Part shown: positions 41,466 to 51,137 of the stretch, one piece after another
Position numbering within the stretch: the first letter of the stretch is position 1
How the letters are laid out: every line of letters starts with the position of its first letter
From: Acholeplasmataceae bacterium
Lineage (GTDB): Bacteria; Bacillota_I; Bacilli_A; Acholeplasmatales; Acholeplasmataceae
Length of the DNA: 64,000 nt
Direction: 5' to 3'
Assembly (NCBI GenBank): GCA_963667565.1
Contig: OY763415.1
Location: forward strand, 160,001-224,000
Program-made: the position numbers and the translations under genes
The notes under the pieces: generated by a model
What the model was told of the DNA's origin: nothing
The model's input: the letters and a program-made list of their open reading frames with translations, nothing else
Databases searched by the model: none

Positions 41466-41500
41466 CACCTTTTAATTAAGGTGTTTTTATTTTATAATAA
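41466..41500 (+). repeat. 35-bp direct repeat, copy 2
   Basis: CACCTTTTAATTAAGGTGTTTTTATTTTATAATAA. Confidence 0.9.
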
Positions 41501-41529
41501 TTCTATACACAGTACTCTGGGAGGATTAC

Positions 41530-42429
41530 ATGAAACTTAATGATTATGCAATGAAATTTGACATGGAGATTTCTAATGAAGTCCCTTTTAAAAATGTCGA
41601 AGGTTTTAAAGTACAACTTAGTGAAATGCAAGTGGGTTATGTTAGACAAGTCATGATGGTGTTTACTTGCAATAGAATGCTAAGCAGTAATGATCAAAAG
41701 GTCATTAGAAAAGCAATTGGGCTTGGTGGTATGTATGTAAAGAGTGTCGGTCTAGCAAACAATGCTATTTTTGTACCGGTAGCAAAAAACATGAAACCTG
41801 AGGTTTTTGATATCAAAATATCAAAAATTGTAAGTGCACTTAATGGACTAAACATTAAAGATTTAAATTATTGTCCATTTTGTGGAAGCGCAGAAGAACT
41901 TGATGGTATAAGAAATGTTGAAGGTGTTAATATTGTAGTACACAATCATTGTGTCGAAGAATTTTTAGAAAAAGCTGAAAATGAACTTGTTGCTCATGAA
42001 AGTGGATCATATCTTAAAGGGCTTCTTTATGGATTGGGTGGAGCTTTACTTGGTGCAATTCCAGCAATCATTTCTTTGTTTGGGTTTGGTTTTTATTCAG
42101 CATGGTTATTTTTAATCATTCCACTAGTTTCATTTTGGCTATATAAAAAGAGTGGTTCACCTAAAACCATGATTGCTGTGACCTATGTTGCAATTGTTTC
42201 AGTTATCATCTCTGAACTCATTGGATTATTATATTATGCTGCACTACTTCAAGTTTTAGGAGCAACATTTGCAGATATGTTTGCAGATGCAGAATATAAA
42301 GGTTATTTTATTACTGACATGTCAATGATTTTATTATTTTCACTTCTTGGTGTGTTTATCGCATGGAACTTCATGTATAAAACAACTTCTCAAGCAATGA
42401 GAAAAAATCTATCACAATATAAAAAATAA
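41530..42429 (+). CDS. Hypothetical membrane protein with possible Zn site (CPFC...HNHC) and four C-terminal TM helices
   Basis: RBS GGGAGG; CxxC and HxxC motifs; 'GLLYGLGGALLGAIP' TM region. Confidence 0.7.
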   Translation: MKLNDYAMKFDMEISNEVPFKNVEGFKVQLSEMQVGYVRQVMMVFTCNRMLSSNDQKVIRKAIGLGGMYVKSVGLANNAIFVPVAKNMKPEVFDIKISKIVSALNGLNIKDLNYCPFCGSAEELDGIRNVEGVNIVVHNHCVEEFLEKAENELVAHESGSYLKGLLYGLGGALLGAIPAIISLFGFGFYSAWLFLIIPLVSFWLYKKSGSPKTMIAVTYVAIVSVIISELIGLLYYAALLQVLGATFADMFADAEYKGYFITDMSMILLFSLLGVFIAWNFMYKTTSQAMRKNLSQYKK

Positions 42430-42436
42430 AATGTAA

Positions 42437-42463
42437 GCACCAGATCAAACGATTTGGTGTTTT
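42437..42463 (+). terminator. Intrinsic terminator
   Basis: GCACCAGATC-aaac-GATTTGGTGT TTT. Confidence 0.7.
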
Positions 42464-42482
42464 CTAAAATATAAGAGGATAT

Positions 42483-43457
42483 ATGAAAGGTATTAATTTA
42501 GGTGGATGGTTTGTTTTAGAAGGTTGGATGAACCGACCATTATTTAAACAAGTAAGAAGTACATGTAAGGATGAAACTTGTTTCACATTGGAATTTCCAG
42601 ATAGTAAAAAAGCACTTCTTGAGCATCATAATCATTGGATTGAAAAAGAAGATATCATATGGTTAAAAAATCAAGGTTTTGACTTGGTTAGGATTCCAGT
42701 ACCATGGTGGTTTTTAGGTGAAGGTGGATATCATAGAAGTGTAGAAATACTTGACGAAAAACTTAGAATGATCAATGATTTAGGTATGGATTTTATGATT
42801 GATCTTCATACAGCACCTGGATGTCAAAATGGGTTTGATAATGGTGGTATAGAAGGTGTTTTAACATGGCATCTTGATCAAGCAAATATTGATAAAACAA
42901 CAGAGATTTGTGTTGCTTTAATGAAACGATATGATCATTTAGAACATTTTCACAGCATTGAGTTACTCAATGAACCATTTGTAAGCATAGATCTTGATAT
43001 CATTTATAAGTTTTATTTAGATACTTATCGTGAATTAAGAAAAATCAATCAAAAGCGATTGATTGTTTTTCATGATGCATTTAGAATTCACGCATGGAAA
43101 GATTTTTTTACGTCAAATGATTTAGAGCATGTTGCACTTGATACACATATGTATCAATGTTTTAGTAAAGAAGATCACGCTCTTGATTTAGAAGGACATT
43201 TAGCAAAAGCGAAACAAAGATTTAAAATCATTGACGAAATTCAGTCATTTGTTCCATTAATCATTGGTGAATGGTCTTTAGGTCTTCATCTTAATTTAGA
43301 AGATTTAATTGAAAATGATGTATTAAAATCCTATTATGATGCTCAACTTGAAGGTATGAAAAACGCTTATGCAACAATTTTCTGGAGTTATAAAATCAAT
43401 TCACAAACTCATGCAGGATGGAATTTTAGACAACTTATTGAAAAAGATATTTTATAA
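42483..43457 (+). CDS. GH5 glycoside hydrolase (exo-1,3-beta-glucanase-like)
   Basis: 'GINLGGWFVLE.W', 'IDLHTAPG.QNGFD', 'ELLNEP', 'DTHMYQCF', 'GEWS'. Confidence 0.9.
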   Translation: MKGINLGGWFVLEGWMNRPLFKQVRSTCKDETCFTLEFPDSKKALLEHHNHWIEKEDIIWLKNQGFDLVRIPVPWWFLGEGGYHRSVEILDEKLRMINDLGMDFMIDLHTAPGCQNGFDNGGIEGVLTWHLDQANIDKTTEICVALMKRYDHLEHFHSIELLNEPFVSIDLDIIYKFYLDTYRELRKINQKRLIVFHDAFRIHAWKDFFTSNDLEHVALDTHMYQCFSKEDHALDLEGHLAKAKQRFKIIDEIQSFVPLIIGEWSLGLHLNLEDLIENDVLKSYYDAQLEGMKNAYATIFWSYKINSQTHAGWNFRQLIEKDIL

Positions 43458-43526
43458 TATGTTTAATTTATCTTTTTTAAATAGAAAAAATCATATATAA
43501 TGTAATTAAAAGAGAGAGGTATCTAT

Positions 43527-43862
43527 ATGACATGGAATAAGAAAACCATTTCGAATAGCGCTATGCTTGTTGTTTTTTTAAGTGTGTTCATAAGACAACT
43601 TTCTCATCTAACATGGATGAATTATGTAGGAACTTATCATATCGTAGACGATCTCATTTTTTATGGACTTATGAGTGTATTGTTTATCATGATAAGTTTT
43701 TTTATATATCTTGTTCCATTGATTTTATTTTTTGAATATAAATCTGAATTTAACTTTAAAACTATAGAAATCAAAAAGCAATATATATATAAACGCATGA
43801 ATGCTCATGTGCAATCAAAGCGTATATGTATATATCAAATGAATCAAGTGATTCGTTGTTGA
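43527..43862 (+). CDS. Small membrane protein ending in ...VIRC
   Basis: RBS GAGG, upstream TATAAT, two hydrophobic segments. Confidence 0.65.
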   Translation: MTWNKKTISNSAMLVVFLSVFIRQLSHLTWMNYVGTYHIVDDLIFYGLMSVLFIMISFFIYLVPLILFFEYKSEFNFKTIEIKKQYIYKRMNAHVQSKRICIYQMNQVIRC

Positions 43863-43909
43863 TGAAGATGATCATGACCTAAATTCATCAAAAACGAAAG
43901 GAATATAAA

Positions 43910-45337
43910 ATGAGAAAAATAAAATTCTGGATTTATGTTGGTTTAATCAGCATTTTTCTTGTTACATTCTTATTCTCAAATCTGGCTTTTCTATATATAA
44001 GACATATAACTATTTTATCTTTATTAGCATTGTTATTATTTCAGTTATTAGATCTTATGACTACATATGTCATCAATAAATATATGCCTACACATCGTCA
44101 AGAAAATATTATTTATACAATTAAAGTACTTACATTTACCATATTGATGATCTTGGTTTCAACTGTGCAAGTTGATTATTTAAAGTTTATGACTGAACCA
44201 ACATTGAAGGGATATCAATATTATGATCGATATGACAATCTTATTTATTCAGTATATGCGATAAATTCAAAACAAGATGTAGTCATCAATAGTTTTACTG
44301 AGTCCACATTAGATATCACATTTGATCTTACATATGAAAATGATTATGAAACATTATATGTTGACGGAACAACATATGATAAAGTTCATGTATTGCAAAA
44401 GATAAGAGAAAACATGAAGATTAATTACTTGGATAGTCTCATCTCAGATTTTGAAGTTGAAAAAACGACATATACAGTGATCACAACTAAAGATTTAACC
44501 ATTGGTTTGGTATTAAAAGAGATAAGAACAGGTGATTATCGCACCGCTCAAACATTTACATTTCAAAAAGCATCAAATAGATCTGGATATATGTATGAAT
44601 TATCGAAAGAAGATATTTTATCATATGATACAAGTTCAATTACAGTTGATATCAATGAAGGCATCAAAACAACCTTTAAAATGGATCAAATAGATATATC
44701 TAATGACTCAGTTTCATTTAAAATATTTAAAGATGATGATGGTGATTTAACACATTTATCTAATGTAACATTAAATCAAAATAGTGCTCATCTAGGAAAT
44801 ATTTCAGCATTAGGAATTGAAAATGAAACGTATGATTATACATATTTAGATGAATCAATCACTTTAGATATTAATTACTTAAATAGTTTAGGAACTGCAT
44901 CATATCAACATCAACTTATTTACCAATTTAATAATGGAAGACCAGTGCTTGTTTCAAGAACTGGTGAAGTATACATAAATGATACATATGCATATACCGA
45001 ATATACGCATTTCAATCAACTTTTCATTTATAATAAAGAAATCACACATATACAAACTAGCTTTTCGAATCGAACATTAGAGATGAATAGTTATTTATGT
45101 TATCTAGAAGAAAGTTATTTTACAAAGGTTGAATCTTATAAGTTAAATGATATGTCAATGTTAGAATATTATGCTACACACTCTTACAAAACAGAAAGTG
45201 AGTTTGTAGACATCAATGATGTTTTTGATATACAATCTGATATGTTTAAAGAAACAAACACAGTTATTATATCAAACGATTATATCGTTCAATCACCTAT
45301 ATTTATAGATAAAGGTTTTGTATTCATTGATAAATAA
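43910..45337 (+). CDS. Hypothetical protein with three N-terminal TM helices and Tyr/Thr/Asp-rich soluble domain
   Basis: 475-aa ORF, RBS AAAGGA; no recognised motif. Confidence 0.7.
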   Translation: MRKIKFWIYVGLISIFLVTFLFSNLAFLYIRHITILSLLALLLFQLLDLMTTYVINKYMPTHRQENIIYTIKVLTFTILMILVSTVQVDYLKFMTEPTLKGYQYYDRYDNLIYSVYAINSKQDVVINSFTESTLDITFDLTYENDYETLYVDGTTYDKVHVLQKIRENMKINYLDSLISDFEVEKTTYTVITTKDLTIGLVLKEIRTGDYRTAQTFTFQKASNRSGYMYELSKEDILSYDTSSITVDINEGIKTTFKMDQIDISNDSVSFKIFKDDDGDLTHLSNVTLNQNSAHLGNISALGIENETYDYTYLDESITLDINYLNSLGTASYQHQLIYQFNNGRPVLVSRTGEVYINDTYAYTEYTHFNQLFIYNKEITHIQTSFSNRTLEMNSYLCYLEESYFTKVESYKLNDMSMLEYYATHSYKTESEFVDINDVFDIQSDMFKETNTVIISNDYIVQSPIFIDKGFVFIDK

Positions 45338-45342
45338 TCAAG

Positions 45343-45373
45343 AAGGCTATCTTATTTAAGATAGTCTTTATTT
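45343..45373 (+). terminator. Intrinsic terminator
   Basis: AAGGCTATCTTA-tt-TAAGATAGTCTT TATTT. Confidence 0.7.
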
Positions 45374-45421
45374 ATGAAATGTCTTTTGATTGTGATATCA
45401 TATTTATGGAGATGATGAAAC

Positions 45422-46684
45422 ATGAATGCAAAAACACTTTATGATCAAGCATTAGCACATTATTTATTAAATACACCAAGAAAAAATGTCTTGACTGCTA
45501 TTCAACATTTTGAAGAAGCTGCAGCACAAGGATATGCGGATGCATATTATTTTTTAGGACGTTTTTATGGATTAGGTGATGGTGTTACACTTGATTTTGA
45601 CAAAGCAATGGCATTATATAATGAAGGTAAAGATTTGGGAAGTGCTAAATGCGGTTATGCATTAGGACTTATGTTTAGAAGTGGTTCTGGTGTTGAAATC
45701 GATGAAGATCTTGCAAATAAGTTTTTTGAAGACAATTATCAAATGCTCATGATTGAAGCCACACACGATGATCCAGTAAGTATGCACATTATGGGTACTT
45801 ATTATTACTATGGGTTTCATGTTCAAAGATATATATTTACAGCCATTGATTGGTTATTAAAAGCAGCAAATAAAGGATATAGCGATAGTCAATATATGCT
45901 AGGTATGATTTATGAGACTTTAGGTGAAGATTCAAATCAAACCGAAAAAGCGATACCTTTTTATGAAAAGGCAGCAGCTCAAGATCATCCATATGCTCAA
46001 TATGCGCTTGCCATGATTGCACTTACTGAAGAAGATTATCAAAAAGCAGAGTTTTACTTAGAAAAAGCAGCAATTCAACAATATGCATTAGCAGCTTATT
46101 CTTTAGCTAAACTTTTGCATGAAAGAGATTCTAAACATCCATTAAAAGCATTTGAATGGTTTATGATTGCTGCTAAACAAGGACACACTGAAGCATGTTA
46201 TTATGTTGGAAACTATTATCAATATGGTAAAGGTGTACCCATTAATTTAGATGAAGCCATGAATTGGTATCAAAAAGCAGCTTTAGAGAAAGATAAAGAT
46301 GCACTTTATCACCTAGCTTTGCTCTTAATTAGACGAGAACAACCTGATTTTGAAAACGCAGCAAAGCTTTTAGGAGAAGCAGCAAGACAAGGACATCCAA
46401 ATGCACAATACAATTTAGCTGTGATGTATCAAAAAGGTGACGGTGTAGAACAAAATGATCAAAAAGCACTTTATTGGTATGAAAAAGCAGCTGATCTAGG
46501 ATTAGCAATTGCACAATATAATCTAGGTATGATTTATTTTGCTGGGGATATTGTATTAAAGGATGAAGAAAAAGCGAGAAGTCTATGGGAAAGTGCTGCA
46601 GCTCAAGGATTTGAGAAAGCAGTACAATTGATGTACTCAATTAATAATTATGAAAAACTCCAAAAAAGTAAATGGCAAAATTAA
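45422..46684 (+). CDS. Sel1-like repeat protein
   Basis: Repeated 'A...G...AQY.LG.MY..G.GV..D...A..WY.KAA' units. Confidence 0.93.
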   Translation: MNAKTLYDQALAHYLLNTPRKNVLTAIQHFEEAAAQGYADAYYFLGRFYGLGDGVTLDFDKAMALYNEGKDLGSAKCGYALGLMFRSGSGVEIDEDLANKFFEDNYQMLMIEATHDDPVSMHIMGTYYYYGFHVQRYIFTAIDWLLKAANKGYSDSQYMLGMIYETLGEDSNQTEKAIPFYEKAAAQDHPYAQYALAMIALTEEDYQKAEFYLEKAAIQQYALAAYSLAKLLHERDSKHPLKAFEWFMIAAKQGHTEACYYVGNYYQYGKGVPINLDEAMNWYQKAALEKDKDALYHLALLLIRREQPDFENAAKLLGEAARQGHPNAQYNLAVMYQKGDGVEQNDQKALYWYEKAADLGLAIAQYNLGMIYFAGDIVLKDEEKARSLWESAAAQGFEKAVQLMYSINNYEKLQKSKWQN

Positions 46685-46687
46685 AAT

Positions 46688-46713
46688 AACTACTCTTTGT
46701 TGAGTAGTTTTTT
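46688..46713 (+). terminator. Intrinsic terminator
   Basis: AACTACTC-tttgtt-GAGTAGTT TTTT. Confidence 0.75.
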
Positions 46714-46714
46714 A

Positions 46715-46743
46715 TTGCTATTTTATAATTGTTATGCTATACT
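46715..46743 (+). promoter_or_regulatory. Sigma70 promoter of mntH
   Basis: TTGCTA-17 nt-TATACT with TG extension. Confidence 0.65.
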
Positions 46744-46753
46744 TAATACGAAA

Positions 46754-46769
46754 TTAAGGCTAACCTTAA
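46754..46769. promoter_or_regulatory. Putative DtxR/MntR operator
   Basis: TTAAGGCTAACCTTAA, the exact reverse complement of 62596-62611; resembles the DtxR-box core AGGTTAGCCT. Confidence 0.8.
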
Positions 46770-46789
46770 AAAAGAGAGATGATCAAAAT

Positions 46790-48667
46790 ATGGAAAAACA
46801 ACAAAGACATCAATCATTATCTGAAATACACAACACGGTAGAAGTAAAAAATAAACGTTGGATTAAAAGATTACTTGCATTTGTAGGACCTGCTTATTTA
46901 GTAAGTATTGGTTATATGGATCCAGGAAATTGGGCAACCGATATTGCAGGTGGTAGTGAATTTGGCTATCAGCTTATTTGGGTTTTGCTCATGTCTAATC
47001 TGATGGCTATATTACTTCAAAGTTTAAGTGCTAGATTAGGGATTGTGACAGGCATGGATTTAGCACAAGCGTGTGCTTCACATTATAAAAAAGTTGTAAA
47101 TTATATATTATGGATATTAACTGAACTTGCGATTATTGCTACTGATCTAGCAGAAGTATTGGGATCTGCGATAGGACTTATGTTATTGTTCCATATTCCT
47201 TTAGAATATGGTGTTATTATTACCGCTTTAGATACATTCATTGTTTTGCTTGTTCAAAAACTTGGTGTTAGAAAGCTAGAAGCAATCACAATTGGATTAA
47301 TTTCTATTATTGGTATAAGTTTTTTAGTTGAAATTATTTTATCACAACCAGATTATGGTCAACTTGTGACTGGTTTTATTCCTAAGATTGAAAACCACAA
47401 TGCACTTTTTATTGCGATTGGTATTTTAGGAGCAACTGTCATGCCACATAATTTATACCTACACTCATCATTAGTACAGTCAAGAAAAATTGAGAAAACA
47501 GAATTAGGTATGGCACAAGCAATTAAATTTAACACGATTGATTCAGTAGTAGCACTTAACTTAGCGTTTTTTGTAAATGCTGCTATTTTAGTCATGGCTG
47601 CAGCGGTCTTTCATCAAAATGGAAATACGGCTGTTGATGAGATTCAACAAGCCTATGAATTGTTATTTCCTATTTTAGGTACAACGTTAGCGCCGATTTT
47701 GTTTGGTGTTGCGTTAATCGCATCGGGCCAAGCATCAACGATTACTGGAACATTAACTGGACAAATTATCATGGAAGGATTCATTCATTTAAGAATTAGT
47801 CCTTGGTTAAGAAGACTTGTCACACGTTTATTAGCCATCGTTCCAGCACTTGTGGTTATTTTAATATTTGGTAGTGATTCTACAGGATGGTTACTTGTAT
47901 TAAGTCAAGTCGTTTTATCACTACAATTATCATTTGCTGTGATTCCTCTCATTCATTTTGTAAGTGAGAAGAAGCTTATGGGTAAATTTGCGATTAAACC
48001 AGTAACAAAAATACTTGCCTGGGTTGTTGCATTACTTATTATGGGTTTAAATATTAAACTTGTTTATGATACAGTGATTACAATGTTTACAAATGGTTCC
48101 ATTTTGTGGATCTTTAAAATATTATTCTTGATATTGATATTTGCATTAATCGCATTACTTGTGTATGTTATTTTTGATCCTTTATTTCAAAAAAGACAAA
48201 TCGAGAAAAAACATATTCATCAAATGTTTGATATTAATGAGATTAAACCTTTAAAAGCATTTAATAAAATTGCTGCAGCATTTGATTTCACCAAAGGTGA
48301 TTTGACAATTATGTCTCATATTTTAAGAATCGCAAAAAAAGATGCAACACTTGTCCTTATGCATATTAATGAGAGCGCAGGTGCTAGAGCTTTTGGTGAT
48401 GATATTAATGATAGTGAAACTCAAATGGATAAAGATCAATTAAACAAATATATGGAAAAACTAAAATCATACGGATATGAGCATATTGAATGTCATATTG
48501 GTTATGGTAGTCCAGTATCTGGATTGGCTAAAATTATTAATGACACAAAATCTGAGATTGCTATTTTTGGATCTCATGGACACAAAGGATTAAAAGATAT
48601 ATTATTTGGTATTACATCAACAAGAGTTAAAGACAAAGTGAATGTTCCAATTTTAATTGTCAAATAA
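46790..48667 (+). CDS. mntH: Nramp divalent metal transporter with C-terminal universal stress protein domain; start moved to 46790
   Basis: 'GYMDPGNW', 'GATVMPHNLYLH'; C-terminal 'GSHGHKGLKDILFG.T...V...V.VPILIVK' USP motif. Confidence 0.93.
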   Translation: MEKQQRHQSLSEIHNTVEVKNKRWIKRLLAFVGPAYLVSIGYMDPGNWATDIAGGSEFGYQLIWVLLMSNLMAILLQSLSARLGIVTGMDLAQACASHYKKVVNYILWILTELAIIATDLAEVLGSAIGLMLLFHIPLEYGVIITALDTFIVLLVQKLGVRKLEAITIGLISIIGISFLVEIILSQPDYGQLVTGFIPKIENHNALFIAIGILGATVMPHNLYLHSSLVQSRKIEKTELGMAQAIKFNTIDSVVALNLAFFVNAAILVMAAAVFHQNGNTAVDEIQQAYELLFPILGTTLAPILFGVALIASGQASTITGTLTGQIIMEGFIHLRISPWLRRLVTRLLAIVPALVVILIFGSDSTGWLLVLSQVVLSLQLSFAVIPLIHFVSEKKLMGKFAIKPVTKILAWVVALLIMGLNIKLVYDTVITMFTNGSILWIFKILFLILIFALIALLVYVIFDPLFQKRQIEKKHIHQMFDINEIKPLKAFNKIAAAFDFTKGDLTIMSHILRIAKKDATLVLMHINESAGARAFGDDINDSETQMDKDQLNKYMEKLKSYGYEHIECHIGYGSPVSGLAKIINDTKSEIAIFGSHGHKGLKDILFGITSTRVKDKVNVPILIVK

Positions 48668-48669
48668 AA

Positions 48670-48692
48670 GCTACTCAAAAAGAGTGGTTTTT
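48670..48692 (+). terminator. Intrinsic terminator after mntH
   Basis: GCTACTC-aaaaa-GAGTGGT TTTTT. Confidence 0.7.
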
Positions 48693-48784
48693 TATTCATA
48701 TTATGTATTATAGGACATATCCGCCCTGTATTCATATAAGAATTAAAATTATAATAGAAATATAAGACAACATTATACATCAGT

Positions 48785-49126
48785 ATGAACTACCAAGGTA
48801 TCGAGTATTACTATATCAGTAATAGGCAAGCTGATATCATTGGAATGATGGATGGATCAGGAAATATCGTGGTAAAATATAGTTATGATGCATGGGGTAA
48901 TTTCTTATATCAATGGACATCAGTTACTAACTTAGATCATATCAATCCATATCGATATAGAGGATATCGATATGACGTGGAAACAAATCTATATTATTTA
49001 AATGCAAGATATTATGATCCATCAATAGCAAGATTTATATCGGCTGATGATGTAAGTTTTATAGCAGATGATCAAGCACCAAGTATTAATATATATGCTT
49101 ATACACTAAACAATCCAGTAATGTAT
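48785..49126 (+). repeat. Rhs core segment duplicated at 52188-52529
   Basis: Ungapped alignment at offset 3403 with high nucleotide identity (roughly 90% by eye); homology ends just before the DxxG site. Confidence 0.9.
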
Positions 49127-49633
49127 CTAGATCCTAGCGGAGAATTCGCTGGGGCTATTCCTCTTTTACCAGTAATTGCTATAGCTTTTGTTATTTTGTT
49201 CATACTCGCGCTTTTTTCAGATGAAATAGCACAATTTGTTGATTCAGCAATAGATTCAATAGAAAGTGAGATTGAGAAATCACTTAAAAAAGAATACACT
49301 GTATATACACTAGTTGATGGTGACGGTGTAGTTAGATATGTAGGTAGAGTTAAAACGAAGAACTATAATGCAAGAATGAAGTATCTTGAACAAACAAAAG
49401 GTTTATATCCAGGTGATAGGATTGATAATCTTAATTATTGGGAGTGTAGAGGTATCGAACAATTGGGTATCATAGGAAATGCAACTGGAATGTTTGATTT
49501 GAAAACAAATCCTGGTGGAAATAAAATCAATGGAATTGGATTGAAAAATCCAATGAAGTATAACTACTATCACGCTGGGATAAGATATATTTGGAATAAT
49601 ATTGAAAATGAGTTGAATAATATGTTTCATTAA
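48785..49633 (+). pseudogene. 5'-truncated (orphan) Rhs module 1: Rhs-associated core + hydrophobic segment + GIY-YIG-like nuclease C-terminus
   Basis: 'YSYDAWG', 'NPYRYRGYRYD.ET.LYYLNARYYDP...RF', 'NNPVMYLDPSG'; tip 'VYTL...RYVGR...R...RGIEQ...NKIN'; no RBS before the ATG. Confidence 0.8.
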
Positions 49634-49650
49634 ATAAGGAGTGAATACCA

Positions 49651-50484
49651 ATGGGTGCATGGGGAACTGGTCTATATCAAGATGATGTTGCAGAAGATAT
49701 AAAAACAGATTACATTAATTTTTTAAAAGAAGGAAAAACAAATCAAGAAGCTTACGATAAACTTATAGAAGATAATCAAACAATTATCAATGATGTAGAT
49801 GATGGTCCAATCTTTTGGATTGCATTAGCTGATACACAATGGAAACTTGGAAGATTGATGCCTTATGTAAAGAAACAAGCATTAAAGTATCTTGATGAAG
49901 GAACGGATCTTCTTAAGTGGGAAGAATGGGGGAAAAGTTTTCTTAATCGTAGAGTTAAGGTGCTTAATCGACTCAAAGACCAATTGTTGACAGCAATGCC
50001 GGCAGAAAAAAAGGTTCCATTATATAAATACTTTAGATGCAAATGGAATATTGGTGATACTTATGCGTATCGATTAGAAAGTGATTATTCTAAATTGCAT
50101 AATCTATATGGACAGTATCTCATTATTTACAAATTTGATGAATATACTAGTGAGAAAGGCAATGATTATGATATCTTTCCATACGTTTACACTAAGATTA
50201 CAAAAAATTTTGAACTACCAAAAACTCTGGATGAAGTTAACAATGAATGTACTTTTGTAAGATATCTTTATAATCCGCCCACACAATTATTAGAATACAG
50301 AACGATTAATGTCTTAGAATCATCCAAGATTCTAAAAAAAATGATTTTTGTAGGAAATTTTAAAATTGATTTCCCTAAGGATGAGTTAGTCAAAAAAGAT
50401 AATGGATATCCAGTCAGAGTAATGAGTTCACCTAAATTTGAAGAAAGAATAATTAACAGTATTATTAAATTAGGAAAGAAATGA
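49651..50484 (+). CDS. Putative immunity protein (DUF4259-like N-terminus)
   Basis: 'MGAWGTGLYQDDVAED' start; RBS AAGGAG; immediately downstream of the toxin tip. Confidence 0.7.
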   Translation: MGAWGTGLYQDDVAEDIKTDYINFLKEGKTNQEAYDKLIEDNQTIINDVDDGPIFWIALADTQWKLGRLMPYVKKQALKYLDEGTDLLKWEEWGKSFLNRRVKVLNRLKDQLLTAMPAEKKVPLYKYFRCKWNIGDTYAYRLESDYSKLHNLYGQYLIIYKFDEYTSEKGNDYDIFPYVYTKITKNFELPKTLDEVNNECTFVRYLYNPPTQLLEYRTINVLESSKILKKMIFVGNFKIDFPKDELVKKDNGYPVRVMSSPKFEERIINSIIKLGKK

Positions 50485-50623
50485 ACAAAATTTAATGACT
50501 AAGATGTTTTTCATGCATTTCAACCAAATACTTGGGAGTATAAAATATTGTTAGAAATTCTATAGAGAGAATCAATGTATCAACAAAAAGATTAATACCA
50601 TATTTTTAGGAGGTTTTTAGTGA

Positions 50624-51100
50624 ATGAAAAAGTACAATAATATAGCTAACCATATGGGCTTAATAGTTATATTTGTCAACATTTTGTTCCCCGTTATGAT
50701 TGTAAGTATTTTGCTTTCCGGACAAGGTATAGATAACATTATTGGAGCATTGTCTTTTACACTTATTATAGCGACGAATAACGCAGTTTATTTTTACTTA
50801 CTTGATCAATGGTACTTTACATATTATGATGAGCATCATATTATGCAGAAATGGTTAAAAAAAAGAAAAAGAATTAAATTTGATGAAGTAAACTTCATGT
50901 ATTTTGTTGATAATTTAGTGATTATTTCTGAACATTCATTTAACATAAAAACAGATAAAATTAATATGACAGCAAAAAGACGAATAAAAAGGATACTTAA
51001 AGATGAGATTTGTATTGTTATTAATCCGCATGATAGATTTTTTCCAACATTTCTCCTTGATAAGTGTAAAAATGCAAAAAAGGTAGATTTTTTTGAGTGA
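50624..51100 (+). CDS. Small two-TM protein, possible orphan immunity protein
   Basis: RBS AGGAGG; two N-terminal hydrophobic helices; inside the Rhs island. Confidence 0.6.
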   Translation: MKKYNNIANHMGLIVIFVNILFPVMIVSILLSGQGIDNIIGALSFTLIIATNNAVYFYLLDQWYFTYYDEHHIMQKWLKKRKRIKFDEVNFMYFVDNLVIISEHSFNIKTDKINMTAKRRIKRILKDEICIVINPHDRFFPTFLLDKCKNAKKVDFFE

Positions 51101-51137
51101 TTCCAAGATTTATTTAATTAGATGATTGGAGAATTAT

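Noticed and set aside
46697..46789. Extended N-termini given by the track (also 12933, 18833, 39494, 40175, 59738)
   Set aside because: They run through terminators, promoters or upstream genes; downstream ATGs have better RBSs or positions.
50565..50600. GAGAGAATCAATG... as a degenerate third copy of the 32-bp Rhs repeat
   Set aside because: Similarity is too short and weak in AT-rich DNA.
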